A stretch of 6,644 nt of DNA from Octopus sinensis (GCF_006345805.1 NW_021829272.1:1-6644); one strand, 5' to 3'. Shown: positions 1 to 6,467, counted from the first letter of the stretch. Notes: generated from the letters alone by a model not told the origin. Numbers and translations are program-made.

Positions 1-329
1 AGGAAGATAGATGCAAATAGGCCAGACATCATATTGAAAGACTTCAGACAAAGAACATGCCTCCTCATTGATATGGCTTCCCAATCGATATAAACGTATC
101 TGTCAAGACCTACCAAAACTGAGCAAATATAAAGATCTTGAAATAGAAATCAGCAATTTGGAAGCATAAGACTAAAACAATACCTGTTGTCATAGGTGCC
201 CTGGGAATGATAGCGAAAGGGACTAATTGCTACCTAACTCAGATACCAGGAAACCCCAAAATGGCCGAAATTCAAAAGATAGTGCTCATGGGAACTGCTC
301 ATATCCTACGCAAAATACTCTCTATGTAA
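1..329 (+). pseudogene. Disrupted RLE (PD-(D/E)xK-type) endonuclease domain of a non-LTR retrotransposon ORF
   Basis: Frame 1 (1-78) RKIDANRPDIILKDFRQRTCLLIDMA; frame 3 (81-116) PIDINVSVKTYQ; frame 2 (119-154) LSKYKDLEIEIS; frame 3 (159-329) WKHKTKTIPVVIGALGMIAKGTNCYLTQIPGNPKMAEIQKIVLMGTAHILRKILSM*. The RPD...IDxA(V)P...K..KY..L...W...IPVVIGALG...IQK.VL.GTA.ILRK.L pattern is typical of R4/Dong ORFs. Frameshifts lie near 79, 117 and 155-158. Confidence 0.88.
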
Positions 330-348
330 TCCCAAGGTTTAAAACAAC

Positions 349-428
349 TTTTTATTTATTTATTTATTTTATTTTATTTTATTTTAATTTATTCATTCTT
401 TTATTTTTATTTTTATATTTTATGTATT
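349..428. repeat. T-rich (TTTA)n-like low-complexity tract within the retrotransposon 3' UTR
   Basis: Read directly from the sequence. Confidence 0.9.
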
Positions 429-572
429 AGACATTCACTAGTACAACACAACCCCCCCCCAAAAAAAAAACCCCCAAATATATGGCACAGAACTTCCAAC
501 CTGTTGTCTCTTGAGGTCTCTGTGTGAGACTTGGAGCCAACTTTTACAGACATAAAGCAAAAGTCAAACATA

Positions 573-573
<1 letters not shown>

Positions 574-610
<37 letters not shown>

Positions 611-635
611 TAATAATAATAATAATAATAATAAT
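574..635. repeat. (AAT)n microsatellite, ~20 units with one interruption near 610
   Basis: Read directly from the sequence. Confidence 0.97.
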
Positions 636-637
636 AT

Positions 638-731
638 TCCTTTCTACGATAGACAAAATGCTTGAAATTCGGGCGAGATTAAGGGGCCTAGTGAATAACA
701 TCGGCCTCCCTGTCTCAACAGGTACATATTT
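638..731 (-). mobile_element. Old, diverged 3' fragment of a SINE related to the 927-1907 element
   Basis: agtgaataacatcggcctccctgtctcaacaggtacatattt (~690-731) aligns by eye with agtcgattacatcgaccccagtgcgtaactggtacttaattt in the array units. The left part (tcctttctac...gaaatt) resembles a related octopus SINE tail as I recall it. Confidence 0.6.
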
Positions 732-737
732 CAAGCC

Positions 738-763
738 GATGATGATGATGATGATGATGATGA
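738..763. repeat. (GAT)8 microsatellite
   Basis: Read directly from the sequence. Confidence 0.97.
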
Positions 764-924
764 GGCGGACGATTACGAATTCTCCTATTTCCCACTGGGG
801 TAACAGGTGTGGGGTGACATTACAAGAACAGCTTACAATATGCGCCGCGCTTTAAAAAAAAATGGCGGAGAGAGAGAAAGTAAAAAGACGGTGACAGAAG
901 ATAAAAGTATTTGTTGTTTAACCG

Positions 925-928
925 AAAA
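925..928 (-). terminator. Putative Pol III terminator (TTTT on the minus strand) at the end of the SINE array
   Basis: I found no AAAA on the plus strand between 929 and 1907. The first one is at 925-928, where SINE homology stops. Confidence 0.4.
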
Positions 929-948
929 CGTAGCGGCAGACGAAATAC

Positions 949-1859
949 CTATTTCTTTACTGCCCTCAAGGGGCTACACACAGAGAGGACAAACAAGGAC
1001 AGACAAACGGATTAAGTCGATTACATCGACCCCAGTGCGTAACTGGTACTTAATTTATCGACCCCGAAAGGATGAAAGGCAAAGTGACCTCGACGGAATT
1101 TGAACTCAGAACAAACGGCAGACGAAATACCTATTTCTTTACTGCCCTCAAGGGGCTAAACACAGAGAGGACAAACAAGGACAGACAAACGGATTAAGTC
1201 GATTACATCGACCCCAGTGCGTAACTGGTACTTAATTTATCGACCCCGAAAGGATGAAAGGCAAAGTCGACCTCGACGGAATTTGAACTCAGAACAAACG
1301 GCAGACGAAATACCTATTTCTTTACTGCCCTAAAGGGGCTAAACACAGAGAGGACAAACAAGGACAGACAAACGGATTAAGTCGATTACATCGACCCCAG
1401 TGCGTAACTGGTACATAATTTATCGACCCGGAAAGGATGAAAGGCAAAGTCGACCTCGACGGAATTTGAACTCAGAACAAACGGCAGACGAAATACCTAT
1501 TTCTTTACTGCCCTCAAGGGGCTAAACACAGAGAGAACAAACAAGGACAGACAAACGGATTAAGTCGATTACATCGACCCCAGTGCGTAACTGGTACTTA
1601 ATTTATCGACCCCGAAAGGATGAAAGGCAAAGTCGACCTCGACGGAATTTGAACTCAGAACGGCAGACGAAATACCTATTTCTTTACTGCCCTCAAGGGG
1701 CTAAACACAGAGAGGACAAACAAGGACAGACAAACGGATTAAGTCGATTATATCGACCCCAGTGCGTAACTGGTACTTAATTTATCGACCCCGAAAGGAT
1801 GAAAGGCAAAGTCGACCTTGACGGAATTTGAACTCTGGACGTAGAGACAGACGAAATAC
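949..1859. repeat. Tandem array, 5 x ~183 bp; units 1-4 differ from their consensus at only 0-3 sites
   Basis: Direct unit-by-unit comparison. Confidence 0.97.
1823..1835 (-). promoter_or_regulatory. Pol III B-box-like motif GAGTTCAAATTCC, repeated at 1644-1656, 1461-1473, 1278-1290 and 1095-1107
   Basis: Matches the GTTCRANNC core, once per unit. Confidence 0.7.
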
Positions 1860-1881
1860 TGCTAAGCATTTCGCCCGGCCT

Positions 1882-1897
1882 GCTAACGTTTCTGCCA
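1882..1897 (-). promoter_or_regulatory. Pol III A-box-like motif of the SINE head (TGGCAGAAACGTTAGC)
   Basis: Starts 10 nt from the element 5' end and partially matches TRGCNNARYGG. The nearest B box is at 1823-1835. Confidence 0.6.
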
Positions 1898-1907
1898 GGT
1901 CCCTGCC

Positions 1908-1966
1908 ATAATGATGAAGCTGATAATGATGACGTCGACGACGATGATGATGATGATGATGATGAT
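1908..1966. repeat. Degenerate (GAT/GAC/AAT)n tract ending in a pure (GAT)8 at 1943-1966
   Basis: Read directly from the sequence. Confidence 0.9.
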
Positions 1967-1967
1967 C

Positions 1968-2008
<41 letters not shown>
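1968..2008. repeat. (CTA)13 microsatellite
   Basis: Read directly from the sequence. Confidence 0.97.
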
Positions 2009-2009
<1 letters not shown>

Positions 2010-2399
2010 TTTTTACTTATTTCATGTGACTGTGGCCATGCTGGAGCACCGCCTTTAGTCGAACAAATCGACCCCAGGACTTATTCTTTGTAAGCCTAGT
2101 ACTTAATCTATCGGTCTCTTTTTGCCGAACCGCTAAGTTACGGGGACGTAAACAAACCACCATCGGTTGTCAAGCGATGTGGGGGGGGGACAAACACACA
2201 CACACACACACATATATATATACATATACATATATACGACGGACTTCTTTTAGTTTCCGTCTACCAAATCCACTCACAAGGCTTTGGTCAGCCCGAGGCT
2301 ATAGTAGAAGACACTTGCCCAAGGTGCCACGCAGTGGGACTGAACCCGAAACCATGTGGTTCGTAAGCAAGCTACTTACCACACAGCCACTCCTGCGCC
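2006..2399 (-). mobile_element. Full-length tRNA-derived CORE-type SINE (octopus-like) with an internal (TA)/(TG) microsatellite
   Basis: The minus strand starts GGCGCAGGAG, with A box TGGCTGTGTGG (2379-2389), B box GGGTTCAGTCCC (2336-2347) and CORE-like CACCTTGGGCAAGTGTCTT (~2308-2326). The internal microsatellite is at ~2194-2236, and the tail ...AAGTAAAAAGAGTA runs into (GTA)n. Confidence 0.88.
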
Positions 2400-2431
2400 T
2401 ACAACTACTACTACTACTACTACTACTACTA

Positions 2432-2468
<37 letters not shown>

Positions 2469-2523
2469 TACTACTAATAATAATAATAATAATAACAATA
2501 ATAATGATGATAATAATAATAAT
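2400..2523. repeat. Compound (TAC)n then (TAA)n microsatellite, switching near 2475
   Basis: Read directly from the sequence. Confidence 0.95.
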
Positions 2524-2807
2524 GGAGATAAAGATGATTATTATTTAGGATATTAATAAGAGAAATAGATATTTAATACTTTATTTAATATTCCTGTGAG
2601 TTTGCGATTTCATGCGCTGCTATCGGATCTATTAAGTGATTACATATGTAATTGCATGATTGTCTGTTAACTGATGAGCATTTTCTCACCTATTCAATAA
2701 CCGGACAATTATGGTGAATATTGGCAAAGCTGACGTAAGAAGATATTATAATACACGCAGAAAGCAAAAGAAATGAGAATTTAATATTCTGTAATTAAAA
2801 GTTCTAT

Positions 2808-2813
2808 TATCTG

Positions 2814-2912
<99 letters not shown>

Positions 2913-2916
2913 CTCC

Positions 2917-2954
<38 letters not shown>

Positions 2955-2997
2955 CAATCTATTTACCTATTTATCTACCTCTCTCTCTCTATCTATC

Positions 2998-3088
<91 letters not shown>

Positions 3089-3258
3089 GTATGTCTGTCT
3101 GTCAAACTGTCCGACTGTCTGTCTCTCCATCTTCGTGTCTATCTTCCTGCCTTCTTGCCTACCTACCTACCTACCTACCTACCTACATACCTACCTACCT
3201 ACCTACCTACCTATCAACCTACCTACCTACCTACCTACCTACCTACCTACCTACCTAC

Positions 3259-3314
<56 letters not shown>

Positions 3315-3330
3315 TTATCTATCTATCTCT
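2808..3330. repeat. ~520 bp compound microsatellite: (TATC)n, (CT)n, (TATC)n, (TGTC)n, (TACC)n, (TATC)n
   Basis: Read directly from the sequence. It is the source of the YLSI/YLPT ORFs. Confidence 0.97.
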
Positions 3331-3660
3331 ACACACGCGAACTCACACACACATATATACATACACAAATCCCCCACCCCATGCAAACACTCATCCGCAC
3401 ACACAATTTCCTCTCATTGGTCACTATAAATGACATATTACATAATTTCCGTGCATAATCATGCACTCTATAAGCTTAGGACAGTTTAAACGCTATACAT
3501 TAATATAATGGGATCGACAGCGGGTCTTTGTGGTAGTCTGAATTGGTGCGGCGGGTTATGACCTAAATTGTGATGATACAGGATGCGTTTATTAGAAGGG
3601 CTTGTATTGTGTTGCATCTGAACAATATAATTCTGTTAAGTGTTCAAATACCCAACTTGG

Positions 3661-3706
3661 CTATCTATTTATCTGTCTGTCCTTCTGTGCATCTGTCTGT
3701 CTGTCT
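3661..3706. repeat. Degenerate (TATC)/(TGTC)n tract
   Basis: Read directly from the sequence. Confidence 0.75.
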
Positions 3707-3830
3707 TTTTTCTTGTATGAATAAACACCCGCACAATTATATTTAGCCGTCACTCGCGAGCGAGCATAGCTCGATAGATGTATGCATGCGTGCGCCCATA
3801 TATGTGTGTGCGTGTATATAAAAAAAAAAA

Positions 3831-4012
3831 TATATAATATAATTCGAGACAAAACCACTATTTTGCAAAACAAACAAGGAATGAACTTAATCAATACATA
3901 AACATTTTTAATATAAAGAAATTTATATATATTAAAAATGTTTATGTATTGATTAAGTCTTTCCTTGTTTGTTTTGCAAAATATTGGTTTTTGTCTCGAA
4001 TTATATTATATA
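3831..4012. repeat. Long inverted repeat (foldback) with 85 bp arms at 3831-3915 and 3928-4012
   Basis: The left arm and the reverse complement of the right arm differ by 2 mismatches (3858/3984, 3882/3960) and two 1-nt indels. Re-registered, ATATAAA (3911-3917) pairs with TTTATAT (3922-3928) around a GAAA loop (3918-3921). Confidence 0.95.
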
Positions 4013-4274
4013 ATATTTTACTATATAAATTGATTTAATCCTAAATCTGATTTTTCCCTGTAAATTTGGATTTATTCCCTAATATTTATTATATATATTA
4101 TATATTGAGCAAAAAGTCGTCAGAATGTTGGGAAAAAAACTTTTTATTTCTTTATTATTGTTATGTTTTCGTTCCTTTCTCGAACATCTCAGCGCTAATA
4201 ATAATAGATTTTTTTCCAAAATTCTGACATTTTATTTCTCAATATTCAATTCTCTACATCACACCAAAACACTC

Positions 4275-4275
4275 T

Positions 4276-4373
<98 letters not shown>

Positions 4374-4507
4374 CATATTGTCTGTGTGTGTGTGTGTGTG
4401 TGTGTATGTACACATACACACATATATATATGTATTTATATATATATCTATATATATATATATATATATATATAGATATATATATATATATAATATATAT
4501 AATATAT
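4275..4507. repeat. Compound (TA)n/(TG)n/(CA)n microsatellite
   Basis: Read directly from the sequence. It is the source of the YIYI/VCVC ORFs. Confidence 0.97.
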
Positions 4508-4773
4508 GGGCTGCGTGTTGTGTTCTTGAGCAAAGCACTTTATTTCACGTTGCTCCAGTTCACTCAGCTGTAGAAATGAGTTGCGACGTCACAGGTGCCA
4601 AGCTGTATCGACCTTGTCTTTCCCTTAGATAACACTGGTGGCGTGGAGAGGAGGCTGGTATGCATGGGCGACTGCTGGTCTTCATAAACAACCTTGCCCG
4701 GACTTGTGTCTAGGAGGGTAACTTTCTAGGTGCAATCCCATGGTCATTCATGACCGAAGGGGGTCTTTACTTT
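4508..4773 (+). mobile_element. 5'-truncated CORE-type SINE of a third family, lacking its tRNA head
   Basis: CORE-like GTGTTCTTGAGCAAAGCACTTTA followed by CCAGTTCACTCAGCTGTAGAAATGAGTT. A 3' stem-loop GGTCA-TTCA-TGACC (4742-4755) precedes the tail ...GGGGGTCTTTACTTT. Flanked on both sides by (TA)n. Family recognised from memory only. Confidence 0.7.
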
Positions 4774-4793
4774 ATATATATATATATGAACAT

Positions 4794-5007
4794 TCAAAAT
4801 GTGACCGCGTGTGTGTCGTTGGCGATGTTTTTCCCTCCGTCTTCTCTTTTTGGGATCTTTCCTTTTCCTATGTTTCTGACGAAGAGCTCCGCTCGAAACA
4901 TAAAACCTTCCTTCTACCCTTCCTTCCTGAGCGTCCAATAATACTATATTTGTTCCACGTCCTCGCGTTGTTGTGTTTTCTCTTTGTGTTTTCATGTATG
5001 GATTAAC
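4794..5007 (+). mobile_element. 214 bp insertion with a 13 bp TSD and a hammerhead-like motif; probable Penelope-like terminal (pLTR) fragment or non-autonomous derivative
   Basis: An exact direct repeat TATATATGAACAT lies at 4781-4793 and 5008-5020, with different neighbouring bases on each side. The insert is pyrimidine-rich and contains CTGACGA...GAAA at 4876-4898. Confidence 0.7.
4872..4906 (+). ncRNA. Minimal type I hammerhead ribozyme-like motif, probably degraded
   Basis: Stem I GTTT (4872-4875)/AAAC (4903-4906); core CTGACGA (4876-4882) plus an extra A; stem II GAGC-TCC-GCTC (4884-4894); GAAA (4895-4898); then C-A-T-A (4899-4902), where C-G-T-A would give a palindromic ACGU stem III and a GUA cleavage triplet. 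Confidence 0.62.
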
Positions 5008-5080
5008 TATATATGAACATGTACGTATTTATATGACACACACACACACACACACAACCTATGATCGGCCAATTTATCTA

Positions 5081-5297
5081 CGAGGCCGTACTGAAAATTT
5101 CCTGGTTGTAACAGTATCACAAAAGGCCTGGTCAGAGGCGCAAACTTCCGAGTTCATTTGCAAGCCTCAGAAAAACTGAAGAACCGTCGCAATAAGCATT
5201 TGAATCTGAGAGGAGAATATGTTGAAGAAAACAATAACCAACTGATTCTCCTGTATTTTCTTTTACCCAAAGCCAAGACCTGTTCTGCAACGCCTCA
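5081..5297 (+). mobile_element. Mariner-derived MITE or internally deleted mariner, 217 bp with TA TSD
   Basis: TA at 5079-5080 and 5298-5299. Degenerate TIRs CGAGGCCGTACTGAAAATTTCCTGG (5081-5105) and the reverse complement of 5273-5297, TGAGGCGTTGCAGAACAGGTCTTGG, match at 16/25 ungapped. Internal EKLKNRRNKHLNLRGEYVE (5170-5226) resembles the mariner transposase C-terminus (..KL..RW.KC....G.YVE). Confidence 0.8.
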
Positions 5298-5730
5298 TAC
5301 GTATATATCTCTCTGTAATCGTAAACCTGTAAGCCTCTGCGTGCATGCGTCTACACGTATGGGTGCCTGTATAGGTTTACTTGATACAGCCACTGTTGAT
5401 CAACTTAATACCGAAATATTAACGATCTATTACAGTGCGTCTGGTGTTTTATTTAAAGCAGTTGCAATACAATAACATAATGGAAATGGAAGTCGAACGA
5501 TGTTGAAATATATTAAGAAATGAAACGATGATAAAATAAGAGTTCGACATTAAACTGGTTAACAAACTTTCCGTTCGGTTATTGAATCAAACACGCATTA
5601 AATTAACGGTATTCTAACTGCAGAGAAATACAGACAGACATACACGCGCACATATACTACAAACACAGACACGCACTTACGATCGTACACGAGTATACAA
5701 TGCTCGCATACATTTATATGAATGAATGTT

Positions 5731-5940
5731 TATATATATAATGTGTAGTTATGTATATATATATATATATATATAAACATCATATATATATATATATACA
5801 TATGTATATATATATATAATATATATCATATATACATATGTATATATATATCTATATCTATACATACATATATATATGTATATATTTTTATATCTATATG
5901 TATATATATATATACACAAATGTGCGTATGTATATACATA
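5731..5940. repeat. Degenerate (TA)n microsatellite
   Basis: Read directly from the sequence. Confidence 0.95.
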
Positions 5941-6467
5941 CTTACTGTATAGGCAATGATGCATGCGTAGATAAATACACACAAACCATATGCATGCGCA
6001 CACCAACACTCTCACACCACACCAACACGCTCATACATACACACAGGTCTTGTTACACTCGAATTTCTATATAAAACTATGACACTATATACGTATATAT
6101 ATAAATATAAGTAGACAGATTTGTGTATATATTTCTGAATATATACACCATACCTACGCCCCCACCACACATATAGTGACTTATTTATACATACATACCT
6201 ATATTAATGTGAATTTGCATGTATTTGCATGCGTGCATTAACGACAATATAAACAACAAAACGGGTCTCTAAAACGAAGCTAATATTACATCGACGGATC
6301 AAAATATGCGTTCGTTATTGCAATGGCGGAAATATTGCGTGCTACAGAGAAAATAACTTCATGATTTCACGTCAGTTCGATGTATTATACATTTAAAATA
6401 TACTTGACGGCTTCTATGAGTGCCTTCATCTTTTCTGGAATCTACGAGCCATTACATACATTAATAT

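Larger units (their letters stand above)
1..573 (+). mobile_element. 3' end of an R4/Dong-clade non-LTR retrotransposon (C-terminal ORF remnant plus 3' UTR); continues upstream of the window
   Basis: Manual translation across three frameshifts gives the C-terminal restriction-like endonuclease (RLE) domain, with stop TAA at 327-329. A ~245 bp 3' UTR follows and ends directly at an (AAT)n tract starting at 574. Dong elements are known to insert into TAA microsatellites. Confidence 0.85.
927..1907 (-). mobile_element. tRNA-derived SINE with five head-to-tail copies of its body: one complete monomer at 1676-1907, four further units lacking the first 48 nt, and a 22 nt terminal fragment
   Basis: Units start at ctatttctttac: 949-1130 (182 bp), 1131-1313 (183), 1314-1496 (183), 1497-1675 (179), 1676-1859 (184). 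The unique head at 1860-1907 reads GGCAGGGACCTGGCAGAAACGTTAGC... on the minus strand and has an A-box-like motif. Each unit has a B-box-like GAGTTCAAATTCC. Confidence 0.9.

Noticed and set aside
949-1859. CRISPR-like array
   Set aside because: Units are contiguous ~183 bp near-identical copies with no unique spacers, no cas genes and a eukaryotic SINE context.
927-1907. Array as a hammerhead retrozyme
   Set aside because: No CUGANGA core on either strand of the unit. The unit carries a Pol III B box instead.
738-1966. 764-926 as a 3' transduction, with the flanking (GAT)n tracts as the TSD of the SINE array
   Set aside because: The segment contains several minus-strand T4+ runs (854-862, 883-887, 903-906, 925-928) that would stop Pol III, and (GAT)n tracts are too common to serve as TSD evidence.
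2671-2678. CTGATGAG hammerhead core
   Set aside because: No stem II hairpin followed by GAAA at a suitable distance, and no stem I partner found.
3416-3433. ATTGG next to TATAAA as a CCAAT/TATA promoter
   Set aside because: The spacing of 4 nt is far too short for a canonical arrangement and no downstream gene is evident.
4117-4123. CTGACGA on the minus strand near the foldback
   Set aside because: It is followed by T-rich and TA sequence with no stem II closing onto GAAA.
4383-4422. (TG)n followed by (CA)n forming a hairpin
   Set aside because: A trivial consequence of adjacent complementary dinucleotide repeats, common in such compound tracts.
5176-5182. CTGAAGA hammerhead core
   Set aside because: It lies in the mariner coding remnant (L-K codons) with no stem II or GAAA geometry.
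5675-5680. Perfect GTAAGT splice donor on the minus strand (also GTAAGA at ~2735 on the plus strand)
   Set aside because: No matching acceptor or recognisable coding exon nearby. Such hexamers are expected by chance in AT-rich DNA.
227-6074. All supplied ORFs as host protein-coding genes
   Set aside because: They translate microsatellites (poly-M/L/T/N, YLSI, YLPT, YI, VC) or SINE/MITE sequence. The only real coding remnants are the frameshifted RLE domain (not captured by the ORF track) and the mariner C-terminus.
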